A stretch of 63,607 nt of DNA, counting the filler, from Parasitella parasitica NRRL 2501 (taxonomy: Eukaryota > Fungi > Mucoromycota), in the NCBI GenBank assembly GCA_025201805.1. It is 7 parts of 7 records of this genome, joined end to end, with 100 filler letters (N's around TTAATTAATTAA, not from the genome) between each part and the next. Parts side by side here need not be neighbours in the genome. Positions count along the whole stretch, not along the records: positions 20,260 to 46,083 come from MU619406.1; 6 more parts are not named here. One strand, written 5' to 3'. The translations under genes were made by a program, and so were the position numbers. This document shows, one piece after another, positions 27,187 to 41,174 of the stretch; position 1 is the stretch's first letter, and each line of letters begins with the position of its first letter. A model generated the notes under the pieces. It made no database searches. It had not been told where the DNA came from and saw only the letters and a program-made list of their open reading frames with translations.

Positions 27187-29664
27187 TTGAGCCTGAGCTT
27201 GAGCTTGAGCTTGAGCTTGAGCTTGAACTTGTGCCTGTGCTTGTGCCTGAGCTTGAGCCTGCTGCAATTGTAACTGTTGTTGTAATTGAGCTTGTTGTTG
27301 CTGTTGAATGGCGTTAGCAAATCTTTGAATGGTTGTAGGCGTCGGTGGACGTACTTGGCCATTTGTACCAGCAGCAGTATTTTGTTGCTGTTGAGCTTGC
27401 TGTTGCGCTGCAGCCATCAGTACCATCTGTTGTTGTCTTAGCAATTGAAGTTGAGCAGCTGGGTATCGATTGAGTGGCAGACCTGCAGCCACACTGGGAT
27501 TTTGTTGAGTAATGGGAAGTTGAGGTCTATTGACAGCAGCATTTTGAGTTGCTGGAGACGCAGAGAAGGCTGCCGCCGCAGCAACACGGGCCTGTGCAGC
27601 AGCAGACGAGACTATAGACATGGGAGGTCTTGCTTGCGTTTGAGCAGCAGCATTAGCTGCATTGACAGCACCATTAGCAGTTGCAGCAGGGCGCGGGACG
27701 CTATTTGGTGCCTGAGAACCTAGACTAATAGCCGCGGATAACTGCCTTTGCTCAAGAACAGCTTGTGCCATTTGTCTTTCTCTTTGTGCTTTATGCAAAC
27801 TCATCTCCATAGCTGATGGCAATCGCTGGCCAGCGCTGTTAGTACCGTGCACTTCGATTGTTGAACGAGGTGGAGCAGAGGTGTTGTTGAGTTGTTTTTC
27901 TGCCTCTTCACGCTTCTTTTGTGTCTTTTTGATGGCTTCAAATATATTGTATTGCCTCTGGCGCTTTTGAGGAGAATCGAATCGGACGGTAGTTGGACGA
28001 CGATACAGTTCTCTCTTCAATTTAGACGTATACGCACTACTTACTTGGCCTGATAGAGATGTTAAATTGTTGCGCTTCCATCGATCATGGCATTCCCAGG
28101 GTGTCCGTTTATCGCCAGTCAGTGGCGTACGGACAGAGTTTAGCGCATCGCAAATCAAATCCCAATTGAATGAGTATTCTACAATAAATGAAATCAAACA
28201 AACATCATCATCTTCAGACCAGTGAGTGGAAGCATGGTGGTAACCCGCAGGCTGCTGAGGTGTAGAGGGCTGCTGAGCAGGCGTATCGCGATTTCTTTTT
28301 GGTGCAAATAGGGCTACGAAAACTATTAAGTCATTACGCCTTTACAAGCAATGCATACACTTACGAGAAATAAGAGGCGTGGTGTCGTATCTTTCATGTC
28401 GAGGCAGCTGCTTGATTTCATCCTTGGTTTCATCGTAAATGATGATGGGATTTCCATCAATATCTCTTTTTCGACTATAGCGCTGAGGCGCTTTGAGGGT
28501 GATTTGTTTCGAGATGAGTTTGCTGATAGGCGTAATTCTATTGCACTCCAATTCATTGAAATACGTGTCTTGAAAAAGCGGATCGGGTGGCCAGTAAGTC
28601 AATAGCTCGGGAAACAAGGCGCACGCATCAAACTCTCCCAAGTCTTCGATAGATACTGTCATGATGGGCATGTTGGGATCAAGATTTTTAATGATCTGTC
28701 GGTACTCTTCAATTACATCAGGAGACAGTGTAGCAGGAGCAATGCTGGGTGTTGTAGGCATCGATGTTGATGCCTCAATGGCAGGCTCTGTGCTACCAGA
28801 CCCCATAAAATCAAATGTATCATTATTTGCTCCCATCATTGTATCTGATTTCAGCAGCTCATTTGTATCGTTTGCTGTGGATGTATCAGGCATTAGTTCA
28901 GGTTCATCACTAACTTCATGGCTAACAACAGATTGTGTGCTTTGATCTATATCCTCCATTCCCTGATTCTTTACAATTGGTATAATTGTCTCGGTATCCG
29001 CATCAATATTCTTATTGTCTATCGTCACGGGAGATTCAGCCAAGTCACTGTTCAGGTCTTGCTCTGCAATGGGTGGTGTATGCCATTGCTTAGAGGCGGG
29101 TGTGGTGGGCAAATCTTCAGCCATAGGCGTCGTCGGCAAACTTCTTGGTTCAGGGATTCGAGTTTTTACACAAACTGATGCTTTATCATCTACAACATGC
29201 CATTCCAGCACAGCTCTTGCTGTCATGTATGCCATTGCCATTTTCCACTTTCTCTCTTCTTTGAAATCCGTGTGCATCCACTTCATCTCATCTATCATTA
29301 GATCCCAATGTGATTTTGGTCTTGGTGCTGCTTTGTGTTTCTTTAATTGGCGTAAACTCCATGTATTCGTCTTTTTTAATGCCTCTATTTTTTGAATTGT
29401 TTTCACAGATTTCAGTTCATCTCTTGCAAGTATCCAATCGTGTGTGGTGAGTGTTTTTCGAGCTGTTTGCAATTGCTTGTACAAAGGAAAATGGGTAGCA
29501 TGTAACTTCCAAGCATATAGATCTATACCTTCATCGTTGTTTCTCATGATATCGGATGTCAGTTTGACTCCATTGTAAACGAGCGTATTTTCATTTTGTT
29601 CTTTGGTATCATTGTAGGTTACTGTGTCGCTATCGATCCCTGTGGCTTTACGTCCTGTAGATCG

Positions 29665-29710
<46 letters not shown>

Positions 29711-30301
29711 GGATGTGTGATTGACGTTTTTGTGCCTGGCGATGCCAATAAATCCTTCTGATCTAAGCTGTTCAATATTTCATCAACGCTCTTGGGACGT
29801 ACCGCACCGCTGACACCTCTAGTTACCATTCTAACTGGAGGAGGAGGGACTCTACGATTTGCGAGCTTGATACTGTTTATGGTGGATCCATCTACTGGTG
29901 AGGGCAAAGATGATGGTGATGGTGATTCTTGCTTAATTTTGACGTTGTTAATCTTGTTTTTATCTAGATAAATACTCCATTTATCTTGATCTATCTGAGT
30001 AACATCGCCATTTTTCAAGAATGAGATAACAGGATCTGTTCCATCAACATTTCCTTCACCTGTCATTGTAAATAACTCTTTCAATAAAAGCTCTCTGTGT
30101 GTGACAATGGTCCTAAATTACGTGATTAGAAACTATCTAAGAAATACTTATGCTATTATACCTAATCTTCTTTTTTCGTTCTTCTTCGGCATTATATCGT
30201 AGCTTTTGCAATGTTTTCTAGTTAATTTTACCTTTAGTAGAGATCCTTGTATACAACAATAAAGTTCTTACCTGTTGTAAATCTTTAGTATTATTTTCCA
30301 T
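26485..30301 (-). CDS. EAF1: NuA4 scaffold subunit Eaf1/Vid21
   Basis: HSA domain (WSLRQLKKH...HWDLMIDEMKWMHTDFKEERKWK), SANT domain (WSEDDD...YSFNWDLICDAL...RTPWEC), fungal LTTHDW motif and a Q/A-rich C-terminus; several introns. Confidence 0.92.
27127..27260 (-). repeat. Coding hexamer repeat (GCTCAA/GCTCAG)n encoding poly-QA in EAF1
   Basis: Tandem tgagct/tgagcc units on the + strand; further CAG/CAA runs at about 26498-26576 and 29667-29709. Confidence 0.9.
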
Positions 30302-30511
30302 TTTTGAATAATTTAAGTGGTAGCAAGTCAGCAAGGAAGGAGAAGAAGACTTCTTCTATGTTCTCTCTAAATCAAGATATTGAAGAATATTATCGTTATA
30401 TAGCCTAGAGAAGCAAGAAAAAAGAGAACGCGCGACTTTCTAAATAAACAATATGGTCACTAATTTTGTTATTTGAAAATTCGAATTGATGGTACGGTAT
30501 CACCACACGCA

Positions 30512-30752
30512 CACCCAATATCGATAAAAAAAAAAAATAGTGTGGACAAAGGATTTTCAAGCATATCATGACACTAAGCCACTACCATTGTAATTTTACA
30601 TGTTTTATTTTATGCTTGTGGATGTGTTTGCTTCATAAAAATCCGTTGTTCAGTTTTATGTACCAGACATTTTGTAAAATTTGTTTAGTGTATTGCGTTT
30701 GTACATGGTCCACACTATTTTTTTTCTTTTTTTTCGATACTATTTGTGGGTG
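30512..30752. mobile_element. MITE-like element, about 241 bp, with imperfect terminal inverted repeats of about 35-45 bp
   Basis: Left CACCCAATATCGATAAAAAAAAAAAATAGTGTGGAC versus the reverse complement of the right end, CACCCACAAATAGTATCGAAAAAAAAGAAAAAAAATAGTGTGGAC. No clear TSD. Confidence 0.55.
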
Positions 30753-31472
30753 ATTTTCTGATGAAATCTATGAGCTATTCATACCATCACTACAGCTTGA
30801 GTGTAGAGATTTTAGAAAGCAAAAATAAACACTTACGTTTGGCCTAAGAAAGAGCTCTTTCTATGTTTGTTTTTCTCAGATGATAAAAAAAAAAAAAAAG
30901 AAATTGGAACAATATCACTCAACATACTGCAACTAAATTAATTGGATGCGTCATGTCAAACTGTAGTATGATGACCCTTAGTCACACTGTTGCTCACTAG
31001 TGAACATTTAGACGTTTTTTAACTATTTTTAGCATTTAAGTATGCTAGCAAAGGCTTTCAAGTGGGAAGCTCTTTCTATGATACACAGTCTTTTGTTTGA
31101 ATAATAATGGCAATTCTGATCGTTCACTGTATTCTGGAGGAATGCAGGTTCGATAAACACACAGAAATCGTCATAATATTCATAAAAGGAAATAATTAAA
31201 ATAGCGCTATAAAATGATTGGTCAAGAATATCATCAGCCAATTTGTTACTCTCATGGTTTGAAAGTGTTAATCAATAAATAAATTACACTAACAGATATT
31301 AATGATCCAATTCAAACAAATTAGTGTTTATTATCTGCCCATTCAATTAAAGATATATGCAAAATTTAGTTTTTTTTAATGAGTAATGTGTTTTCTATAT
31401 ACTTGGATTTAAGAAAATGAAATCTGTTTAAAGGTAGGAAGCCTGTAAACAGAGTCAAATTAATAATTACCG

Positions 31473-32728
31473 TTATCTTTTGAGAAGGTTTTGTTTTCTA
31501 CAACTTACGCGTCTGCTAGCTTCTTCGAGGTCACTGTCAGTAAGCTTATTTTTATCATCATTGTTAGGGATTTCATATACACCACCCAAAATGACGAAAG
31601 GATGATAAGCAAAGAGGTTAAGGTCGCTCATTTCAGTGACACCAGAAAGAACAAGAACGGGATCAATCTCAGATGAGATGCCCGCAACAATACTGTTGCA
31701 ATGGCACACATACACACATTAGATTGCATCATTACAAAAATATCATATAAAACTTACTCGGTATCCATACGATCACCAATAATACATGTTTCCAATCGAG
31801 ATAAACCAAGAACACGCTGAGCATATCGCATGATCAAAGCGGAAGGCTTACCGCAGAAGAAAGCCTTGGTCTTTGTGACCAACTCAACACAAGCAGTGAA
31901 AGCTCCAGTAGCGGGAATCTTTCGACCTTTAGAATCAAGAGTTTCAACATCCAAATTGGTAGATATCAACTTGGCACCTTGTTGAACAAGTTGAACAGCC
32001 TTTGTCAACTTTTCAAAGTTATAAACAGCAGATTCACCCAAAACGACATAGTCAGGATTATGATCATTCATGAAGAAACCCTTGTCGTAGAGAGCATAAG
32101 CAAGACCAGGTTCACCAATCACATAACAGGTTCCACCCTAATTTTACAGATTAGCTGCGTGTAAACTAGGCAGAACGAAAACTTACCTCGGGCATTTGAG
32201 AGTGAAGAAAGTAGGCAGTAGCTTGACCAGATGTGAAGAAATGATCCTCGGTTACATCAATACCAAGACGTTGGAGCTTTTGTTGCAATTCACGAGGAGT
32301 AGGAGCAGAGTTGTTGGTCAAGAAAAGATACTTTTTGTTGTTCTTCTCCAAGAATTCTACAAATTCCTTGGCACCAGGCAGCAAGTTGGAGCCCTAAACA
32401 AACGTAAAATAAATGCTCTGTTTGCCCAGCTTGTGATACCATATTGTCAAAAAATACATACGTGATAAATAACACCATCCATATCAATAATAAAGCCCTT
32501 CTTTTGGCGAATAGCCTCAAGGCGCTCATTGTGAAGAACGGGATCGCGGAACAAGGCCCAATCTCTAGCAGAAATTCCATCTTCATTGCCATGAGGAGTA
32601 GCGGCACCGTGTTGATGAGCCTGTTGCGGTTGATTTTGGCCGAGAGAGGCAGCAAAAGAAGCGGCCAAATCACGGGTTTCATCGGCAGAAGCGAATTCAG
32701 TGGGGTTGTTGTTAACAGGAGTAGTCAT
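31473..32728 (-). CDS. HAD subfamily IIA phosphatase, NagD-like
   Basis: Motif I IDMDGVIYH, motif II FLTNNS, motif III GKPS and motif IV GDRMDTD across three introns. Confidence 0.92.
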
Positions 32729-33571
32729 CTTGTTGTGCTAAATATGAGAGCGAAAGGAAAAAAATGCGATCTTGCGTGTATCATTTTTGGTTTTATAGAT
32801 GTCTTGTAATCTTTTTTAAAACTGACTCAAAAACGTGTTTCTCATGTGCTGGGGTTTATTTTCAACATGCTTTTGGTTTAGTAGTGATAGATTTGAAATG
32901 CCTCTGTATTTCAGCGTACTGGAGCACCCTTCCTATCTGATGTCATTTTTGATGAATATCTGTATGTAGATATGGGTTGTTTATCGTTTTTATCAGAAAT
33001 TTAAGGGAAAAAAATAGCTTATCTAACTTGATAATTGTTCTACAAATCAGGCCATATTTGAAGAAGCCTTAATCTTGATCCCATCAACCAGCATAGCAAT
33101 GTAAGTTTACCCACAAATTTCGATGATGGCTCCGAAAAAAATTGTTAAATACCATATCAACGATTGATAGAGATCCAGAGCACAAAACTTTCTCTTTTTG
33201 TTGCTGTTGCAAGATACGTGTCCCATAACATATATTTCATTAAGGTTGCGCTATCAATGAATTATTTTTGCTTGAATACTGTAAAATAACGCATGATAAA
33301 GCCATCACTTGAGTATATATCACTTTAATCTAAAGATGTAATTCGACTCCTTTTGGACTCCGCGAACTCGAGCCCCTATATATCTGATGTGTATCTGATA
33401 CGCATAAAGAAGATCCATCTTCAATATTTGCACGTATATATGTAGTGAAAAGCTTCAATCTTTACTAAGTAAATTAATTTTTGGGACGAGAATTTGGAAA
33501 AAAGATAAACGTATTTTTAGCATTAATAGAATTACATGAAATATAGAGAAAACAGCATTTTTGATAGCGAA

Positions 33572-36509
33572 CTAATCCAACAAATCGACACCGGCTAAAT
33601 ATAAAAATCAGTTATTGATCTAGTCGTATTAGCTCATTTGTAACACTTACATTGGAACAAAAGACATGCCATCATGATGGAAACCATTGCCAAGCCATTC
33701 AAGTTGGCGTATGTAGTAGTGGAAAGGGCAAAAAATATGATGGCATTCAGAATACGGGAAGCACAAATGATATAGGATTTCAAACTGCCTAAAAGTGATC
33801 AACAGAGATTCAGTAAAACCCAAGCTATGTATTATTAATGTTTAGGCTTACCTCGGTTCACAGGTGTATTGACAAGCTTAATGAAGGCATTAAAGCACAA
33901 AATCAAGCCAGCAGTGATCCAAAAAATCTTGATGGAGAATAGTGGATCATCGCAAACAGTTTCGTGGCCACTTTCGGCTGAACTAGTGGTGGCTTCTGCA
34001 GCTAACGCTAGCATTGCATAATGAGCATTTACAGCACTGCTGTTTGTTGTTGAAGTTACGGCATGCTCTGCTGCTGTTGTGTTGGTTATGCTCTGCTCTG
34101 CAGCTGCACTTGTACCATGACTAGCAGCAGCAGCAGCGCAGGTTTGTAGAGTGTGATAGAAACTTGCAGCATTGTCAACACCATTGTTGTGGCTACTGAT
34201 AATCTCGGTCAAGGCAATACCAAAAGCAACTTGAAATAGATGAAGTGGAAAGTGAAGATACATCCAAAGTTGACTGAGCTTTGTTTGATTCATTAGTTCG
34301 CCACTGAAATCATCGAAATACATGAAGAAGTAGCAAAAGATGATGGTCACACCAAAGACATTGCAGGCAATGACACTCGATGTGAAGTTCGATTCAGTAA
34401 CCATCTTGATGAATCCCATACAGTTTTCACCAAGGATAATGAGAGTGAATAAACCAAAGCGCTCACCCAAGTGACTAGCAGCCAGTGATACACGGCTGTT
34501 GCCTTGTAAAATCATATGGACGATAATTTCCATACCAATACTCACATACCAAAGAGCGTATCGTTTAGCCATGTCAGCTTGAGATTGATACAACAGAGAA
34601 ACACCCCACATGGCAATAGAAATGGCACTAGCAGCAACGTAGACGCCCAAGGGCCTGCGAGATGATTTGAAATGTGCGCTAAGAGAAACGATAAAGACAA
34701 CCGAGTATTCAAATAGTACAACAGCTTTCATAATGATATAGCCTATAATAAACCATTTGGGTTCTGATTCAAACTTTTGTTTATCGCTAGAACCGGCCAT
34801 GAGAACTGTTTCCATGTTAGTATAACCTGATATTGGCTTTCAGACAAATTTATAAGCTTACTTAAACCACAGAGTTCAATAATCTTGTAAAGATGATGAG
34901 CAACATCTATAAAATCAGATTAGATGTTTACACATCAAAATACCATCTGGCTGGTAATATATAGTATACCTTGTCGATCATAACGAGATGAATATAAAGC
35001 ACTTGAGCACCAAGTCCACCACATAACTACGAACCATGCTGCATATGTATTAAGCGTTGCAACACTGTTAATGTGAACCGAATGCGTAAATTGACTACAA
35101 GCTCGTCAGTATTGGTGCAAAACAGTGCTGTTAGTTATTTTACCTGAGCCAGCCTACATAAAACACATCACCCAACAATTCAACCCACGTAGCAGAAGAT
35201 TCTTCACCAATTTCGTCAGACAAATCTGGATCAGGAACAGAGAAAAAATCTCTTCTCACATTATGGTGGTTGCGCTGGACAATAAGAATGAATTGCACTT
35301 GAATATATACATTTTCATTCAAGTCCATCAACAAATCAGAAGGTGAATGGTTCTTGTGAGGATGTTTTTTGGTAGCCTGAGAAAGCTCACCAGAGTCGGA
35401 TTTCTTAAATGTGCCTGAATTATGCTTTTCATCCACTGTTGGCAGTTTTTCCGTGCTGCTAGATGTGTTTGTCTTGTCAGATAAAACAGCATTTGTTTTT
35501 TCACTTAAATCAAAAGAGCTCTCTTTGAGAGAAAAAAAAAAGGACAATTTAGCAATGTTATTTTAAATGGGTAATGTGTATCTTACTAGAGGAATCCTGA
35601 AATAAATCGCCTTTTGCTGATGCTAACTGGGCTCGCATTTGGACAGTTTTGTGAACTTTCACTGAAAAATCTCTGTGTGTTCGCTCCAAAAAGTCGATCA
35701 AATCATCAGTATCTTTAAAGGTCTTAAATTGCTCTTTTTCTGCTGGCGAAAGTTGCAGCTGTCAAAGAAACATGTCAGTATTTGGCCATCATTGAAAGTG
35801 ATACATATCAAAATAATTTCTTACAGGCTTTTCTAATTCAGAAATTTGATCCTCATTAATTTCAAAATCTTGGTCACCGACTAAATGGCGGAAATGGATT
35901 GCTGCAAGACTAATTAATTATCAAATCAAGCACACCTATATTTTTCTTACTCAATCTAACTCTAACATTCTCACTATATAATAGTAGTGTTAATAAATTA
36001 ATTCATACACTTATCATCCATACTTACTCAACCATTTCATCTGTAATAATGTTAACATCTTTTTCAGAAGCAATTGAGTCTGGATGCTTTTCATTCCAGG
36101 CAATTTTTTCTGTTTGATAAGCCTCAGAGCGCTTTTGATGAAGCTGAAACTCTTTCAGTGGGTGCAACAGTACATCACCAATTGTTTCGGTTCCATGTCT
36201 ACGAAGAGGCTTTCCAGCAGGATCATGAAGAGGAGCGACTGTTTCATGCTCATTGGTACGTATTCGGATCACATTAGAGCCAACAGCGCCAGATCCATTG
36301 CTAATGCTACTCTCATTGGAAATATAGCGACTACTATGGGAAGGTCTACGATAGGCAGTAGCAGGATGTCTTTCAGAAGTTACGCTAAGGTTTGATCTGT
36401 TACTGGTATGACCGGCTTCTTCATCATCTGTGCGAAGTGATTGTCTTTGTCTTCCACCAGCACCGCGATACCCAAATGCAGGAGCCTGATATCCTCTATT
36501 TTGTGCCAT
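33572..36509 (-). CDS. LtrA (low-temperature requirement A) family membrane protein with a long N-terminal extension
   Basis: SATWVELLGDVFYV (ELFFDLVFV-like), HLGERFGLFTLIILGE and WMYLHFPLH; many introns. Confidence 0.85.
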
Positions 36510-37818
36510 GAAAAGTATAATTTACTTGGTATATGTGTTGCTTGTGAATATAAACAGTTGGTATATAATACTATAAAAGTATATAAAAGAGATTTAATTG
36601 CTTTTTTTAGTCAAATGAATCCAAAAGCTTCAAATAAAATAGAAGAAGAGGAAACTTTTTGCTTTAGAAAAAAAAAAGCTAGTACTAATCTTCAAAATTA
36701 AGGGGGAATAAAAGAAAAGGAAGAAGCAAATAAATAAAAGATCTTTGGTATCAAGTTTTCCTCGATTTCCATCGTTTTATAAGCAATTTTGGTCTATATA
36801 GCTTTTGAAGGAAGCACAATTTTTAACCGTAGCAACCAAACCAATGGTTGTACACGGCGCTAAAGTTGATTCTCGACCCGGATGTTTGATTTTGTTGACG
36901 ATGATTTTGAGGCTAATTTGGGAAAACCCCTTTTACGGAACATCCATCTTGGTAAAAATAATGGATCGTCGCTCAGATGTCTTGTATTCACTAAAGTCAT
37001 TTGGCTTTTACAACCGGCTTAACAAGAACAAGAGCAACGCTTTTTATATTAAAGAAGCGAATCTACATCATACTCTCTTGAATTTATGGCTTTTTTTTTT
37101 TTTTTTTTTTTGCTTTTCATTCAAAAAGTGGTTGTACCCATGCAAATCTTTATTGGCATGTGCAACACAATAGAGCACAACGTGATGAAACTTCGTCTTC
37201 TGGTCCTACCTAAAAAGTAAAATATGAAGTGCTACGCTAAATTGTGTAATTTCAAGTCATTTTACTCTAAAGCGCGAGCAATAAGTTGATGATATTTATT
37301 ATTGTATCGTTTGCTTGTTAGTAGTCAAGAAAATAATTAGTTTTATACACAAAGCATTCAAGAGCTGCATTATTTTGGTTACACATACAACGCGGGCGGT
37401 AAATATTGGAGATTTTCGTACTTCGTCTTTATGGGGACTTTGGAGGTCTCTTGACACAATCACTTTAATACAACTTGATTTTGGATACTTGCCATCAGTA
37501 TTGGAAAAAAACTGAATAAATGGGAGATTGTTGATGCTCTAAAGTTCAGATTGAATAGAAGTTACTGTTGCGAGACATCATCATACAAAATATTAGCTTG
37601 CGTCGTTTATAATGGTGCTAGTTACAGAAATAACTGCACTTTTTTTTTGGATACCAACTGCCATTACCATCAACGCACTCTTTAATTTTCTCTTTATCAC
37701 TAAGATTCTTTCCAAATCTAGATAAGCAGAACTTGTAGAGAGAGTTACTGTAAACTATCACCGATTTTCACTTCGCAGTTGCCTACCATGTAGTACACTA
37801 TTTTTTTGCTTCCAAATA

Positions 37819-39425
37819 CGCTATTTTCAGAAATTATTCGCACAAGCTGAGGAAAAATTGCTCATATTTCATTTTACTTTCTGCACGCTTTTTATTTTAT
37901 TTTTTGCACACTTTTAAAAATAATATTTGCACACTTGTAAGAGTAGTTTTTGCACACTCACAAATTTGGCTTTTTGCACACTGTGTGCAAATTAAATTAT
38001 AGAGGTTCTTTATTGAAGCAGGTTTCAAATTTTGAAGCAGAATAGCGACAGAATTCTTCCAAGTCGCTAAAGAGAACATTATGACAAGCTTCAGCGATTC
38101 TCATATTAAGAGTTTCGCTCTGCAAGAGCTTTTCCTTTTTTAATTTACTCTTTACAACCAACCAGAACTGCTCAATTGGATTGAGCTCAGGCGAATAAGG
38201 GGGAAGATAAACACATCCGTACCCACGGCTCTCAATGAATCTTCTGATGCTATCTGATGTATGGATAGGGGCACTATCCATGATAAGATAATTCCCTTTA
38301 AATTGTTCGTGACGATCCATGACATCTAAGGTGCTTTGAAATAAAATTCATATAATGCCCAGTAACAGTTCCAGCAGTCTTCTGAGCCTTACTACCTCCT
38401 GTCACTTTTCGTTTCTTAGAAGCTTCAGCATATGGTACTCTAACTTTGACATTGATGACACCGAAGGGGAAAATGGCTCCCAATATAGTTGTCGTCTTAG
38501 CTCTGGTTAAAGGTTGGACTACTTCAGCTCGAATTCCCTTTTTTGACCAAGCCATTCTCCTTTTTAAATTGATATGAAACGCAGATTCGTCGATAAACAC
38601 ACAGTTGCTGTTAAAATCCATATCGGTCTCAGCCCATCGAACTACCCATTCAAATCTTCTCTGAATGCTTGCAGGCGAATTTCTTTCTTGTGAATGAAAA
38701 TGAGCCTTTTTGAATGACAAGGCGCAGTTTTCTGTCATGAAATTGTAAACAGTGGTTTTTGACACCTTCAAGTCAGAAAATTGGGTAGTAAGGCTTTCCA
38801 TTGCTTGATCTAATGTTGCCGAAGGATGGTCGATAAAGTTATCTTCTAAATGCTTCTTATGTTCTTCACCCAACAATACTGGTCGACCGGCTTTCTTTTC
38901 AAGTGTTAAGTTTTCGGTTTCAATGTGATTATCAGGATTGATTCTTTCCATAATATCTTTTTGATCCTTCTTCAGCCAGTCATATGCAGTTCGACGAGCA
39001 ATACCGAGTTGCTGTCCTGCTTTCCCCGCAGTGAGGACCAAATAAAAAAAGTGACCTTTGACATCGTCTCCATGCTTTTTTTAGTAGTTAGAAGGTCCAG
39101 TTGAAGACGAAACCCCTTTTTTTGGGGGCTTTTAATGTCTTAGGCTTTTCAGGTGGTTTGGAAGCTAAGTAATTGTCGAAATTTACGGTATCGGCTAAAG
39201 GATAACCCTCATTGTCTACATCCATCAAGACAGGCTCTCTGCCGTACTCATCTACAGCGTTGCCATGTCCATCTTCGTGGTAAAACTGAAAGTTCATTCA
39301 AGTAATGTCTTTTTAAAAACTGTGCAGAATTAATTAAGAAAGTGTGCAAAAACTATTCTTACAAGTGTGCAAAAAATAAAATAAAAAGCGTGCACAAGCT
39401 GAGGAAAAAATTGCTGAAAATAGTG
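37819..39425 (-). mobile_element. Tc1/IS630-type DNA transposon (DD34E) with a frameshifted transposase
   Basis: TA on both sides; outer TIR C(G/A)CTATTTTCAG and a 32-bp inner inverted repeat (37882-37913 / 39363-39394). Transposase is in three ORFs (39088-39297, 38298-39041, 37997-38320) with FIDES, IMDSAPIH and PPYSPELNPIE, 34 residues between D and E. Confidence 0.92.
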
Positions 39426-41133
39426 TACTTTCAACAGATCAAATCTTTGTATGCACATTACTGACAGTCTGGCAGGCTCATTGACGCGTGATTTTCGATG
39501 GCATCCTGTTTCTTCCTCACTTAGTCCTACAACGTACTATCCGTTATTTCTCCCGGCTGGAAGATGAACTACATGTGATTTCTTTGATTCTCTTCATTTA
39601 TACCATTTACTATTATTTCGTTGTATATGCCCACATCAGTCTTTTTATTCCCTCAATATGACAGTTTAAGAACTTTAAATAAAGTAGGCCAACTCCCCTT
39701 TAAAAAAAATTTAAAAAGATGTGTAGAGAATATACTATGTTATCAGCGCTCATGTCTACTTTTCAGTTTCACAAATAAACTTCCATTACTGACATTTTCT
39801 CACAGAGTTGAATGATAGTTGAAATCTTTTGATAAAGTGGTCGATTTTACGATACGTTGTGCCAATATTGTAGTCAGGATGTTTGTTTACAGAAGCAACC
39901 GAGCTTTTTATGGGGTTTCAGATTCGATATTATTGTTTCTCTAGAATTAATGCAACTGCCACTTTCATGAGCAAACGCTTTATCAAATCATGCAATCGAG
40001 CATAATTTATTATTGCGTAATATATAAAAGAGTATCTGAATTGTGATAAGTTGAACTTTGTACAAAAGTTCCATCGCTCAGAGATACTTTGAATATCTAG
40101 CTTTACTTTTCTGTGCCTGGAATTTAATGTGAATATTTTATATAGATTTACTTGGATAATGATATGACAATAAAAGGTATTATTTCATTGCAAAAGGTCC
40201 CAGACAAATTTTTAAAAGGCTAGTTTATTTTGCATCAGCTCTAAATGGTAAAGCCTTGATCTCATACCAAATGTAATGATAGTAATATTGCATGAAAAAT
40301 AGGACCTTTTTAAATTGTGGAAGAAAAGAAAGTTCGACCTTTATTATCCTCACGGTAAATAAATGGGAACCAAAAGTATCAATGTTAAGGGTAGTGACAA
40401 GATATCACTATATTAATCAACGAGGAGGAGGTGATTCTTACTACGACGCCGATTTTGCGTCTTTTTGTTAGCCTTATATCTGGATTATCTATCACATTCT
40501 ATAATATGTACATATACGTGATATTAAACCAGAGATTATTATCAAAATTGTGTTGTGCCACTGTAGAAGGCACCACTACGGTGCAACAAGCCCTAATAAC
40601 AATAATGTAATTACCACAATATTAGGGACAGAAAGGTTACTGTGAAATGTCCGATTTATAGTGTTTATCCGTTCTATTAAGGGCATCAAAAGGGATAGAA
40701 ACACTGATTTTACGGGCACTATCCACCTAAAAATGAATTTACCCATTATATTATGTTGGCTTGGAATTAAAATAAGTGTCAAAAGCCATAAAATCAAATA
40801 ACTGTTTTCCATAATGGGTAAAAACCTTTATATAATGTTTGAGTCACTAAACTCGTAGTTTCAATCATGAATGTGATAATAGTCTATTGGAAAAAAAAAG
40901 AAGCCTAAGCGTACACTATAGCATTGGACTGTATGAAAATGACCGCTGAAGGAGTAATGACACCAGAAAACATTGAAGCTTTGCAGCGGCAATACTGGCA
41001 GCCTTGTTAGCCAAGCACTAATCAAGGAAACTGTTTCATTCAGAACAGAAAACCAACTTCTTGAGATTTCCTCAGCGCCGGATTTGCAAATTAAAGGACA
41101 TTGGAGATACAGAACGTTGATTTACGATAAAGT

Positions 41134-41137
<4 letters not shown>

Positions 41138-41170
<33 letters not shown>
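41138..41170 (+). repeat. (GA)n microsatellite
   Basis: About 16 perfect GA units. Confidence 0.95.

Positions 41171-41174
<4 letters not shown>

Noticed and set aside
27072-27362. (EP)n/(EL)n and (LK/LR)n ORFs
   Set aside because: Alternative frames of the EAF1 poly-QA hexamer repeat.
40715-40800. GGGCACTATCCACC, a possible PIF/Harbinger-like terminus
   Set aside because: No matching inverted partner or TSD found in the window.
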